Below are positions 32,279-42,497 of a stretch of DNA of 64,000 nt, in pieces (position 1 is the stretch's first letter; each line of letters opens with the position of its first letter). The translations under genes and the position numbers were made by a program. The DNA comes from a virus, in IMG/VR virus record IMGVR_UViG_3300027816_000055. The stretch is one strand, 5' to 3'. The notes below the pieces were generated by a model. The model was not told the DNA's origin and did no database searches. It saw nothing but the letters and a program-made list of their open reading frames with translations.

Positions 32279-33852
32279 CTAGTTACTTTAAATATATATC
32301 CATTATCAAATATTTGCTCTTCATTATTTGTAACAACTTTAACTAAAATTCTATAGAATCTTTCCTGTGCAAACGAAGTTGTGTCCAATATAAAATAATG
32401 CATGTTACCATCACAACTTAATTTTGTAGCATCATCAAAATCAACAATAGTTTGTTCACTTTCATTATCTTTTATACAATAATATGAACTTGTAGGCAAT
32501 AAACTTGATGTTAAAAATTGATTCATTTGATAACCTTTAACAAAATTTTTCAATGGATTTTTTGGACGAGCATATACATCTACTCTAGGAATTGCGCCAA
32601 ATTTATAATTTTTACTCAAGTTACGAAGCACCACAGTAAACGGATTACTTTCAGTTACAGCAGATAAACTACCTGTAACATAACTACTATCGTCCCATTG
32701 TACGTCCAAATACGGTGTATAAATAGTGTTAGTGTCTCTACTAAAGAATTTAAAAGTACCCTTTGTTGTTTCTGCCTGCGATAATTCCAATGACGTTAAT
32801 ACTATCAATCCTTCATTTGGAACACATCCACAAATCCATGATTTAGCAATAGTTGATACATCGATGCCAAGATTACTCTTTTCATAATTAAAATTTTGAC
32901 GAGCAATCAAACTATTGCTCGCAGAAATTGTACTACAATATCCACTAGAAGCCGATGAATAAGAAGCAGGAACATTATAATACCACGTTCCTCCACCTTT
33001 ATTAAAAGATTCAGATGCGTATGACGCTGTATTTAAATAATCTACAAATTTATATGTTGAACTTGAAACGACTGGATACCAATAACTACCAGAATCTCCC
33101 GAAAAATCTCTATAATACCAACTTGCGCCGAGCGTAGAACCCCCTGTTTCATAATATCCATCTCCCATTTCCCAACTTTGGCTTACTGGATATGCATACA
33201 TTGAATAAGACAATGGAATTTCCGATGCTTCTACAATTTCCATTTTTAATGTAAATTTTAAAGATCCAGTCTTTGCTATCGTACCATCAGCAATTGATTT
33301 AGAAATTGAGGAAACATCAAATTTTAATAATGCTCTACTCAATGATGGTATATTTTCAAACGTTGTCGTAGGACTATAAAAACTGCCAGTGCCCAGTGCA
33401 ACTCCTTGGATTAAACCAACAAAACTATTTACAGATCCGCTTGCATTGCAGATAATACCGTACCAATTACCACTTAAACTACCACTTAAACTACCACTCA
33501 AATGACCTGTTTGATTAGATACACTAGAAGTCGTAGTGATTCCATTAATACTACCCGTTATTTTTCCAGTAAATAATAACGTTCCTTGTACGTCCGCACT
33601 TGACGAAATGACGAGTGATGAATTGCTATCTGATCCACTAAGATAGCCGCTCACCTGACCATTAAATAAATATAAACTTGACTCGGACGCGTAACTTTGC
33701 GAAATACTTGCGGTTTGATAAACTGTGACGGTACGATATAATTGTGTATTTGCTTTTACTTCTAAAATTTCATCTAATCCCAAGTTTTTACTCAGGTAAT
33801 TAGTTTCGTTAGTAATATATGTATCTTTAGATGGATAAATAAAATGGTGCAT
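32275..33852 (-). CDS. DNRLRE/CBM96-like virion protein
   Basis: PSKDTYI, RALLKFDVS, FFSRD....PYLDV. Confidence 0.55.
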   Translation of the reverse strand: MHHFIYPSKDTYITNETNYLSKNLGLDEILEVKANTQLYRTVTVYQTASISQSYASESSLYLFNGQVSGYLSGSDSNSSLVISSSADVQGTLLFTGKITGSINGITTTSSVSNQTGHLSGSLSGSLSGNWYGIICNASGSVNSFVGLIQGVALGTGSFYSPTTTFENIPSLSRALLKFDVSSISKSIADGTIAKTGSLKFTLKMEIVEASEIPLSYSMYAYPVSQSWEMGDGYYETGGSTLGASWYYRDFSGDSGSYWYPVVSSSTYKFVDYLNTASYASESFNKGGGTWYYNVPASYSSASSGYCSTISASNSLIARQNFNYEKSNLGIDVSTIAKSWICGCVPNEGLIVLTSLELSQAETTKGTFKFFSRDTNTIYTPYLDVQWDDSSYVTGSLSAVTESNPFTVVLRNLSKNYKFGAIPRVDVYARPKNPLKNFVKGYQMNQFLTSSLLPTSSYYCIKDNESEQTIVDFDDATKLSCDGNMHYFILDTTSFAQERFYRILVKVVTNNEEQIFDNGYIFKVTR

Positions 33853-33853
33853 A

Positions 33854-35833
33854 TTATATTACGGCTCCTTTAACATCATTATCTGGATATTTTAGTTCAA
33901 AAACAGATGGATCTAGTGATGGGTAAACAATTTTATTCAATGTTGCTTGGTCCAAGTTATATTCATGCGGTGAGTAATCACCGTCATTCATTGTTAAATT
34001 TTTAAACTTGATTTCTACCACAGATTGAACACCTTCTACTTTTGCAATCTCAAGTTCCAATTGACTAATATTAATTGGTTGATTAAAAGTCCATTTATCA
34101 ATAACAAAAAAATCTTTTACTTTTTGAATACATATATTCAAAACATCACGCTTATTATAGTTGTTAAATACAGATATTTTAAAGTCTACACCAAAATTAA
34201 TAATATATCCATCGATAATGTTGATACCATCTGTTAAAAGTTTATATTTTTCTAAATATTTACGTAAATTGTATAATAGTGCTTCATTAATGCTAGTCAA
34301 ATTTTTATTTGAATTGTAACTTAACACATACAAATTGATGCTAAACGGATTGGAAATATCGTAGTTTACTTTACGAAAATAATTGGATACAGCATCATTC
34401 AATAATGTAACTTGATCTATATTATCACTAAACCCACTTACATATTTATTGATATTTACATTTAAATTTGAATTAGAAACAACGTAAGCTTTTGCAATTG
34501 TTCCAAATCTAGGCGGAAGATTATAAATTCTAGAAGTATAATCGTCTGTTGTGACTGCTCTGTTCTGTGAAGCAAAATACGCAAGTGCATTTTGACGAAT
34601 TTCGTCTACACTTTCGGAATCTGCGCCGCCAGTCGCAGGCACTGGATTAGTTACACGCAGAGAATTTTTAACAGTTTGCATTAATGCCAATTGTGAAGGT
34701 GTCAATCCACTTGTATCCGTGGCAAATTCCACTGAGACAATTGTTTTAATGTCATCCGAGGCACAATTACTCAATACACCGCCACCTACAATATATTTGA
34801 TAGTGAGTGTAGTATTTGCAGGTGCTTGACCCATACTGTTTGTGTTTAACAATTTACTACTGTCATACGAAATATTTAAATTAGTAATGTTTTGTAGTCC
34901 AATGCCGACCAATTCTTGAGACGGATAAATGATTTCGTCAGACAAACTCTCAGTTCCGGGACCAAATTGTAAATATGTTACATTATTTGCATTTGTATTG
35001 ACTGTAAATTTACGTGAAGTTATAAATGATTTCAGTAATTTTGGCACTTCGCTATTATATTGAAATAATACTCCATCGTTTACACTCGTATTTTCTTCTT
35101 CTGAAAAAATTAAATCTTGAGCCAAATAATCTACTTGATACCATCTATTATTGTCACTGTCTCTTACCTCCAATACATCAATGACATTATTTTCATTTAG
35201 CGGAATATTTAAAAACGCTTGTGCATTATTTAAATTAAAACTTGCTACAACAATTCTACCTGCAATTGCACGTATTGATTTTTTTAATAAAAAGAATTGT
35301 GGTACTCCATAATCATCGCGAGAATATACAGTTGATTCTCTTGGTGAATTTTTTGTGTCCACGGCAAAATTTACTGGATCCGTAGTTAAGTAATTTACTC
35401 CCGCGCTATTAACTAGTTGCATATATTCGCGCAAAGATAATGCATATGTATTGTCAGGTACATATTCTCCTGCGCTATTTTTGATTGATGGAACCAGTTG
35501 ATAGATATCAATTGTAGTAACTGCGGCTTTGGTTGGTTTGGTTTTATAACCAAGATAATTTGCCAACGCAATAACATTTTTGCGCTCGCCGGCATAATTT
35601 AACAAACTTTCTTTTAATTGATAATCACCATAGTAGGAAAGAACATCTCCAACATATGCAGCTTGTTCAATAAACATTGTTCCCGGCGAAGCAGTATTAA
35701 AGTCCTTGTATGTATTTGGAAAATATGTCTGTGCATATTGAATTAATGCATCTCGAAAAGAATTGAAATCTTTATTAATATACTTCAAATCTTTTTTTCC
35801 GGTATTAAATTGTTTTTGAATGATGTCAGCCAT
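33854..35833 (-). CDS. Baseplate wedge protein, T4 gp6-like
   Basis: YINKDFNSFR, GGADSESVDEIR, QNRAVTTDDY. Confidence 0.9.
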   Translation of the reverse strand: MADIIQKQFNTGKKDLKYINKDFNSFRDALIQYAQTYFPNTYKDFNTASPGTMFIEQAAYVGDVLSYYGDYQLKESLLNYAGERKNVIALANYLGYKTKPTKAAVTTIDIYQLVPSIKNSAGEYVPDNTYALSLREYMQLVNSAGVNYLTTDPVNFAVDTKNSPRESTVYSRDDYGVPQFFLLKKSIRAIAGRIVVASFNLNNAQAFLNIPLNENNVIDVLEVRDSDNNRWYQVDYLAQDLIFSEEENTSVNDGVLFQYNSEVPKLLKSFITSRKFTVNTNANNVTYLQFGPGTESLSDEIIYPSQELVGIGLQNITNLNISYDSSKLLNTNSMGQAPANTTLTIKYIVGGGVLSNCASDDIKTIVSVEFATDTSGLTPSQLALMQTVKNSLRVTNPVPATGGADSESVDEIRQNALAYFASQNRAVTTDDYTSRIYNLPPRFGTIAKAYVVSNSNLNVNINKYVSGFSDNIDQVTLLNDAVSNYFRKVNYDISNPFSINLYVLSYNSNKNLTSINEALLYNLRKYLEKYKLLTDGINIIDGYIINFGVDFKISVFNNYNKRDVLNICIQKVKDFFVIDKWTFNQPINISQLELEIAKVEGVQSVVEIKFKNLTMNDGDYSPHEYNLDQATLNKIVYPSLDPSVFELKYPDNDVKGAVI

Positions 35834-35836
35834 ACA

Positions 35837-36232
35837 TTATAAATTATTAGACGTAAATTCCATAGACACAGAATCTGTTTGTTGATTAACACTAAATATA
35901 ATTTTTAGATATACTTTATAAGTATCAGTGAGCATGTTTTTTTCACTATTCGATATATTTAAATTTATATTTTCTACTGTTACACCCGGTATCCACATAT
36001 TTATTTTGTTTTCAATAATACGTTTTATTAAATCGGGGGTATTTTGCAAATTTTGCTCAAACAATGCTTCTTGTAATCCAGAAGAAAATTGAGGTTGCAT
36101 TCTTCGTTCACCACTATTGGTACGTAAAAGATTAATAATGTTACTTTTGATCTGTGTCATTGTATCATATGACTGATCAAAATATCCATTATTTCCTCTA
36201 GTTAAAGGTAATACTAGTCCAATAGGTTTCAT
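35837..36232 (-). CDS. GPW/gp25-family baseplate protein
   Basis: IKSNIINLLRTNSGERRMQPQF. Confidence 0.9.
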   Translation of the reverse strand: MKPIGLVLPLTRGNNGYFDQSYDTMTQIKSNIINLLRTNSGERRMQPQFSSGLQEALFEQNLQNTPDLIKRIIENKINMWIPGVTVENINLNISNSEKNMLTDTYKVYLKIIFSVNQQTDSVSMEFTSNNL

Positions 36233-36234
36233 AA

Positions 36235-36774
36235 TTAATCAATTGTACTAAAGTCATTTGGTACGCCGCCCTCAATACTTAGTCCGCCAATGCTGCCTCC
36301 ACCAAACGGTCCTTGTTTTTTCTTTACATCGACTGCTTTCATCAATTTACGATAATCTTTAAATACGCCAAGTTCAGCTTGCGCTTTAGTTGTCTCATTT
36401 AAAACTGGAGATACGGGTGCCTGAATATTCAATGGTTGTGTACCTTGTTTAAAGTTTATTTGTTGCATTTGACTACCAAATGAAACGTCTTGTGGAACAC
36501 CATCTTCTGTTTCATTCAACACTTGGTTTAATAATGGATTGTTAGTAAATTTCTTTGGTTGTTTTGGTTTCGGTGCCGCTGGAATTGGACTTCCCGCCAT
36601 CTCATTTTTTAAGCTTTCAAAAAAATCTTCGTTATTGGTTTCAATCAATTTTGGTTTGACAGACTTACCAGATAATGCTTCAGCAACAATCTGAGGCACC
36701 AACACAGGTAATGATTTTTTAATTTCTTCTTGCACAATTGCTCGTACTAATTGTTTGAATTGTTCTGCTTTCAT
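36235..36774 (-). CDS. Hypothetical (probably virion-associated) protein
   Basis: KKFTNNPLLNQVLNET motif; located in the structural operon. Confidence 0.6.
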   Translation of the reverse strand: MKAEQFKQLVRAIVQEEIKKSLPVLVPQIVAEALSGKSVKPKLIETNNEDFFESLKNEMAGSPIPAAPKPKQPKKFTNNPLLNQVLNETEDGVPQDVSFGSQMQQINFKQGTQPLNIQAPVSPVLNETTKAQAELGVFKDYRKLMKAVDVKKKQGPFGGGSIGGLSIEGGVPNDFSTID

Positions 36775-36809
36775 AAGATTATATAATAACTATCGTGAAT
36801 ACAATGGTT

Positions 36810-38408
36810 TTATTTATTTAATTTTCTACTATTTTTACCGAAAAATCCTCCCGGCACACCATTTCCATTACGTGTATTAATAGAAACTGGCTCGACTTTA
36901 CTATCTGTATTTACTGGCTTTACTCCATTTGCACCCGGTGCATATCCACCACCAGTAACAAATACTCTTCTACTTAACAATGGTTCCAACCGAGATTGCA
37001 ATGCCTCCAATTGGACAATTTGAACTGGTTTTTGTGTTTGATTTGGTTCAGCACCTCCAGCATCTGGATGGCTATGATTATACCAATGAGTATGCGCTTT
37101 TAACCATTCACACAAATCGTACAACCAATCAAGTGTTGTTTGTCCCAATAATACAGGTTCATTGGTTTGATCATACTGCCCTAAATAAATCGCAGGACTA
37201 TTGATGACAGTTTTTTTGTTGGTAGTAATAACAATTTGATCATGTGCATCTAATGTGTATTCGCTATCTGTAACAATACCATATCGTTTTTTACTGTAAT
37301 GAAAAGTTTCTTCAAATCTACTACTAAAAATTAGTCGATCTGTTTGTATAACAATTTGATCCCCTGTGTATTTTGGTTTTGTAAATTCGGTGGCATCCTT
37401 TGGAGAAAACAATGGCTGTTCTTCATTTATTTCTTTACAAAATATTGTTTTATACACTGTGGTTTTCCATCCACTTTCTGTTAATCCCGACGTAATATGT
37501 ATACTACTACCATCGTTATTAATGTCTTCTTCTATAATACCACCGGCATTTTTTTCCAAATTTGTTATTTTTGGAATAGGATTTAACAACGGATGTAGTG
37601 GTCTATCTCGTTTTTCATCACCAAGTGGGCGTTGACGATTTCTAATCAATATCATTGGATTGCCCGTATTTTTATAATCTGGATATCTTGGATCGCCTAT
37701 ATCATTTTTTCGTAAAGCATCATATGATGAAAAACGAATAGATTGCCCATGACGACTTTCAATCGTAAGATCACCTTCAAATTTACGCACGGCACGTATT
37801 TTATTATTTGCATTAAAATAAGCACCCATTCTTCCACTATTATTTGCGTTTTTTACAGAAATCGGCCCTGTATATGATATTGGTCCCTCAATTGGAATGC
37901 TTTTGTTAATATTTTGAAAATCATCTTGTCGATTGCCAGAAGTATTACCTTCTGTTTTTTCAACATTAAAATTAACATTATTATTAACAAATCCATTAAT
38001 ATTCAACTTACGAAAATAATACCACTCATTTCTATATTTTGCTACCGTTACAATTTCATTTAACAATGGATACTCAATCAACCCAGTCGAATGTGCTGGT
38101 TTTGCCCAAGATAATGATTCTTTAGGTAAATTGATTTGTGAATGTAGTAATCTAAAACAAACACGACCAATATAGCTATAATTTTTATCTTTTGGATTAG
38201 CCGGTTCGTCTTTATAATTATCGGGCCATTGATTTACAATAAGATTTTTAATTTCTGGATGTGTTTCATCATAAATTACATCAAGTACAACAGCTTCTTC
38301 GAATTCATAAAATTCTGAAAGTTGTGCAAACGAATCGTTTGTGCGAAATCCAGCCTCATGAATTCTAGAACTATTACCAATATCACGTTTTATGTTCCAA
38401 TATGACAT
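36810..38408 (-). CDS. Baseplate hub/central spike (gp5/gpV-like)
   Basis: OB-fold-like YPLLNEIV; EGDLTIESRHGQSIRF; C-terminal HTHWYNHSH double HxH. Start moved to MSYWN. Confidence 0.75.
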   Translation of the reverse strand: MSYWNIKRDIGNSSRIHEAGFRTNDSFAQLSEFYEFEEAVVLDVIYDETHPEIKNLIVNQWPDNYKDEPANPKDKNYSYIGRVCFRLLHSQINLPKESLSWAKPAHSTGLIEYPLLNEIVTVAKYRNEWYYFRKLNINGFVNNNVNFNVEKTEGNTSGNRQDDFQNINKSIPIEGPISYTGPISVKNANNSGRMGAYFNANNKIRAVRKFEGDLTIESRHGQSIRFSSYDALRKNDIGDPRYPDYKNTGNPMILIRNRQRPLGDEKRDRPLHPLLNPIPKITNLEKNAGGIIEEDINNDGSSIHITSGLTESGWKTTVYKTIFCKEINEEQPLFSPKDATEFTKPKYTGDQIVIQTDRLIFSSRFEETFHYSKKRYGIVTDSEYTLDAHDQIVITTNKKTVINSPAIYLGQYDQTNEPVLLGQTTLDWLYDLCEWLKAHTHWYNHSHPDAGGAEPNQTQKPVQIVQLEALQSRLEPLLSRRVFVTGGGYAPGANGVKPVNTDSKVEPVSINTRNGNGVPGGFFGKNSRKLNK

Positions 38409-38409
38409 A

Positions 38410-38778
38410 TTATTTGTCCTTATTTGGTAAAGGTTTAGTAACTTCCTTTGCAATTGTATTCGCTTCCTCCATCAATTGTTTGCGTTCTTCTTCACTTAAT
38501 CCGAACGCACCCTCACCTTCTTTTCCAGCACTATTAGAAGCCAATCTTTGAACAATTGCAGCCAATTTTACCAACTGTTCGTCATTTTTAACAGTGACAT
38601 CAAGATACTCTTTTATCAATGGAATAATAATAATAGCATCATTTGGCGTTTTGACCATGATACGAAGATCATCAATTAGTTTCTGAATAGTATCATTACG
38701 ATCTTCGCTGTTCACCACAATATCCTTCAACAAAGAAGAAAATTTCTTTCCTTTATAAATTTCAAATTCAAAGTCCAT
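38410..38778 (-). CDS. Hypothetical helical protein
   Basis: 122-aa ORF after an ATATTTAT motif. Confidence 0.65.
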   Translation of the reverse strand: MDFEFEIYKGKKFSSLLKDIVVNSEDRNDTIQKLIDDLRIMVKTPNDAIIIIPLIKEYLDVTVKNDEQLVKLAAIVQRLASNSAGKEGEGAFGLSEEERKQLMEEANTIAKEVTKPLPNKDK

Positions 38779-38790
38779 AATTAATAAATA

Positions 38791-39717
38791 TTACATTTTA
38801 TAAGTATTAGTTTGTAAAATACCATTATTTATGTAAGATTTGGTAATATTGGTTTGATACTGCTTCATCTTATTAATTACTTTGGTAATTTGTTGGGTTT
38901 TACATGAGCTAATTTCTCTAATGTAAAGATATAACGCTTTCTTATTAAAAGCATCAATTCGATCACTGTTTCGAAACAATTCAATAACAGCATTCGCAAT
39001 ATTTAAATCTTTTTGTTTGGTAAAAATTTTACCAACATGCTTTTCCCAATAATCAATCATCATTTTCATAAATTCTGACATTTCAGTGTTCTTATAATAT
39101 GAATCTTCAACTTGTAGACATACTGTGGTTTCGCTTGGTGTGTCGCTAATGTCTACATTTTGTTTGAAACGTTTATAATTATTATTATTATGAAAAATTA
39201 AATAGTGCTTCGCAACAATACTAAAATAACCAAATGCCTTGCCTTTGTCTTGTTGATACTTGTTTAAGTTGGCAACCAAGTGTGCAACCGTTTCTTTCTG
39301 AATTTCTAATGGAGATGTTTCAAAATAAGTAAACTTAAATGTATTAAATATATTTTCTACCAATTTTTCAAAACTATATTTAATACGCTCGTTGTAAATA
39401 GTATTTCGTTTATCAATATCCTCTTCTTGATTGTATTCAATAACTGCGTTTTCTGTATCTTGTGTAAAATACATGATCGGCGGCTTTTTTGCTTTCTTTT
39501 CTTTTACTTGCAATTCTTCTGCCTCTAAAATGATTTCAGGAACCTCAATTTTAATATTGGGTTCCTTGTTAATTTTCATTTTAGACTTATTTGTCTTTTT
39601 TATTGTTTTTCTAGGCGCTGTCTTGATTTTAGAAACTTTGCCTATTTTTTTGACTTTATTTTTTGGTGCTAGTTTTGACTTTTTTTTATTATTACGCTTC
39701 TTTATGGTTTTTATCAT
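38791..39717 (-). CDS. T4 gp55-like late sigma factor with Lys-rich N-terminal extension
   Basis: YFTQDTENAV.EY...KYQQDKGKAFGYFSIVAKHYLI, resembling gp55 KNPFAYFT. Confidence 0.7.
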   Translation of the reverse strand: MIKTIKKRNNKKKSKLAPKNKVKKIGKVSKIKTAPRKTIKKTNKSKMKINKEPNIKIEVPEIILEAEELQVKEKKAKKPPIMYFTQDTENAVIEYNQEEDIDKRNTIYNERIKYSFEKLVENIFNTFKFTYFETSPLEIQKETVAHLVANLNKYQQDKGKAFGYFSIVAKHYLIFHNNNNYKRFKQNVDISDTPSETTVCLQVEDSYYKNTEMSEFMKMMIDYWEKHVGKIFTKQKDLNIANAVIELFRNSDRIDAFNKKALYLYIREISSCKTQQITKVINKMKQYQTNITKSYINNGILQTNTYKM

Positions 39718-39977
39718 AATTGAGATTTTAATTTTTCTATCAGCTTAACAATGTTTGAAAAAACAAAGCCAACATCATCGTCTTTTTCAAACATCTGCTT
39801 GTCATCAATCAATTTTAACTTATTGTAAGTAATATTGATTGCATTTTCAATATCAGAAATCCATTGTTCATACTGTTCATTTTTATCAATGCTACGATTC
39901 AACATGGCACCAAAATAAACGTTTACTCCAATAGATGTTAGTAATAATACACCTAATATAACAATTGTCAATATCAT
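39714..39977 (-). CDS. Small membrane-anchored coiled-coil protein
   Basis: N-terminal hydrophobic helix. Confidence 0.6.
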   Translation of the reverse strand: MILTIVILGVLLLTSIGVNVYFGAMLNRSIDKNEQYEQWISDIENAINITYNKLKLIDDKQMFEKDDDVGFVFSNIVKLIEKLKSQL

Positions 39978-39991
39978 ATATTTATTTTATT

Positions 39992-40135
39992 TTACTCTTC
40001 TTCGTCATCATCTTCCGATGATTGTTCACAAAAATCAGAGAGATAATCAATAGCTTCTTCTACCATTGACCAATCTTCTAATTTATATGCCTGTTTTAGT
40101 AATTTTTTTACTTCTTGAATATCAGATTCTTCCAT
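39992..40135 (-). CDS. Small acidic protein (47 aa, not in the ORF track)
   Basis: MEESDIQEVKKLLKQAYKLEDWSMVEEAIDYLSDFCEQYSEDDDEEE. Confidence 0.6.
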   Translation of the reverse strand: MEESDIQEVKKLLKQAYKLEDWSMVEEAIDYLSDFCEQSSEDDDEEE

Positions 40136-40194
40136 ATATAGTTTATTCAACTGTTATCTATATATAACCAATTTTCTGAAAAGCAATAAAATAT

Positions 40195-41187
40195 TTAAAA
40201 ACTGAAAGGATATGGCTTTGAACTTGGTTGGGGAGGTGCAACGACCGGTGTAGGTGTAACCGTCAGTTCTTCTGATTTAATAGTACTAGATTCCGGTATA
40301 ATATTTGATGCATCAGATTCTGTCTTCGGCACAGTACTATCAGGTACTACCTCATCGGGTTTATTTGGATCAACAATTAATTTTTCTTTAGATTTACTAT
40401 CGGTAGACTCATTTGAAATTGCAGTATTATAAGCCAATAACAAGCATACTGCCAATGGATCAAATACAGAAATTAATGCTACAATAAACCACTTTACTAC
40501 TTTATTTATATTGACGCCCAATTCATCCGCAACGAATTTAAAAGTTTGCACATCTTTTTTAGATCCACTTTCTAATTTTAGATTTGTGATTTGTTGGTCT
40601 AATTGCTGCAATTCATCAGTTGATTTTTGAATTTTTCCAGTTTCGGTTTCCAAATCTCGGTCACTCTGTTCGATAAGTTCTTGTGTTTGTTGTTGAACTT
40701 GTCTTAATTGAATAGGATTTCTCGCAATTAAAGTGTTTGTCATACTTTGTGACAAACGCAATTCTTGACTATTACGTAGCTGAGTAACATTTAAAATTCT
40801 ATTTTTTGAAGTGGAAATTTTTTCTCTAATTAATATTTTTTGTTCTTCAATTAATTGAATTTTTTGTTCAATTAACTGAGTTTCAAGACTGGATTGTTGA
40901 TATGCACTACTAAGATATCCAAAAATTCCTAACGAAGTAATAATCATCAATACAATAACAGATGTTGTTAAATATAATTTTAAAAATGTTTTTGTTTTAT
41001 TCCAATAGCGATATAAAAAACTAGTCGCGACCAATTTACCAAGTTCCAAAGAACTTGCCATAATCATCGCAGCAATTGCAGATCCACTAAACAACATTCC
41101 AATACCAACAATACTAAAAAATGCCGCACATGATGCGATAAATAAAGAACTGAATCCTAATAAACGCTCAAAATTGATAAATTTCAT
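40195..41187 (-). CDS. Multi-pass membrane protein with coiled coil
   Basis: Three N-terminal TM helices, a coiled coil and a further TM helix (VFDPLAVCLLL). Confidence 0.7.
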   Translation of the reverse strand: MKFINFERLLGFSSLFIASCAAFFSIVGIGMLFSGSAIAAMIMASSLELGKLVATSFLYRYWNKTKTFLKLYLTTSVIVLMIITSLGIFGYLSSAYQQSSLETQLIEQKIQLIEEQKILIREKISTSKNRILNVTQLRNSQELRLSQSMTNTLIARNPIQLRQVQQQTQELIEQSDRDLETETGKIQKSTDELQQLDQQITNLKLESGSKKDVQTFKFVADELGVNINKVVKWFIVALISVFDPLAVCLLLAYNTAISNESTDSKSKEKLIVDPNKPDEVVPDSTVPKTESDASNIIPESSTIKSEELTVTPTPVVAPPQPSSKPYPFSF

Positions 41188-41226
41188 AAATAATATATAT
41201 TAAAAATACAAAATTTATTATTAAAT

Positions 41227-42162
41227 TTATTCTATAGGATTTGGAGGTAACTGATTATCTAATGTATACTCGCTAATGTATTTATCGGCAAATCGAAGAC
41301 CTGCATATGCTTCATAATCTGCTACTGTTCTTATATTACCAAATACATTTGTAATTTTATCAGATGTATTCTCCATTCCAAATAAAATTCTATGTTTCTT
41401 GGTTGATTTAGCATCATGTTCCCACCAAGATTGATTTATATTATTTCCACTTTTGACATTATCATCCCAGTGAGTAGGACGATATGTTCTTTTGTATTGA
41501 TGCCATGCAATTAATTTATGCGGATGATATAGATCATATCCATGTGTAAATCCACGAACAGCAATATTTGTTTCTTCGCCATAAAAATAGTAATCGGGAT
41601 CATGTGGAACTAATTTGCAAAAGTTACCATCTGTAAATGCAAAATGAGCACTGTAAAATCGCGCAGGTATAGGTGCTGTTAATTTATCTATATTCAAAAT
41701 CGGTTCGGGCACAAAAAATAATGGACCCTCATCCATAAATTTGTCTAACCGCATCTGCCATACTTCATGTAAATATTCTTCAGTCAACGCATCATAGTTT
41801 GGAAGATATGTGGTTAATAAAGGGAGATCACTTCCCATATTTTTACATTGTTGATACATTTGTAACAACAAACTATCCCATCCTTTTACGAATCTATGAT
41901 GACTATCCAAATGAAGTGTATATTCTTCATTATTATATTTTTGTTGAATTAAATTACGTGCCCAACAAACTCCTTTACTATCAACATAAGGAATATCAAT
42001 ATATTCTATTAAATGTTTTATAGGGTCAATAGATTCTAAATCATCATGCTGCCATGCCACGACAATACGTAATTGAGTTGGATCATCAGCTTTTTCAACC
42101 AAATCCAAAACAGTAGGTATTAATTCGGGATCTCTATAACTCGCTATTTGAACAAAAATCAT
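41227..42162 (-). CDS. GT60/GlcNAc-transferase-like protein
   Basis: IFVQIASYRDPEL, LHLDSHHRF..GWD, FYGEE. Confidence 0.85.
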   Translation of the reverse strand: MIFVQIASYRDPELIPTVLDLVEKADDPTQLRIVVAWQHDDLESIDPIKHLIEYIDIPYVDSKGVCWARNLIQQKYNNEEYTLHLDSHHRFVKGWDSLLLQMYQQCKNMGSDLPLLTTYLPNYDALTEEYLHEVWQMRLDKFMDEGPLFFVPEPILNIDKLTAPIPARFYSAHFAFTDGNFCKLVPHDPDYYFYGEETNIAVRGFTHGYDLYHPHKLIAWHQYKRTYRPTHWDDNVKSGNNINQSWWEHDAKSTKKHRILFGMENTSDKITNVFGNIRTVADYEAYAGLRFADKYISEYTLDNQLPPNPIE

Positions 42163-42494
42163 GGATATAACGACGACGGATACGCAACAACGGCAGATAC
42201 ATCGCCCGGCAAAGATTCTATTGTAACATCATAAATAACACTGTTAACAGTTACATTGACAACTGTTGCAGCAACAGTTGCATTTGAAACATATGAATTA
42301 ACAACAGATATCATAGCTGTTTTTGCATCGGCAGAAAGCGATGTGCTTGCGTTAATTTGAGAATTTAAATTTGATTTTACAGTTGCTGCATTCCATGAAA
42401 AACTGTAATATGAAAAAATTCCAGAACCTGCTCCACCTCCTCCACCTCCACCGCTTGAAGCAGTTATAGCATTCCAATATGCAAAACCAATCAT
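42159..42494 (-). CDS. Small tail-associated protein with a poly-Gly linker
   Basis: SGGGGGGGAGSG; coupled to the fibre genes. Confidence 0.55.
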   Translation of the reverse strand: MIGFAYWNAITASSGGGGGGGAGSGIFSYYSFSWNAATVKSNLNSQINASTSLSADAKTAMISVVNSYVSNATVAATVVNVTVNSVIYDVTIESLPGDVSAVVAYPSSLYP

Positions 42495-42497
42495 ATA

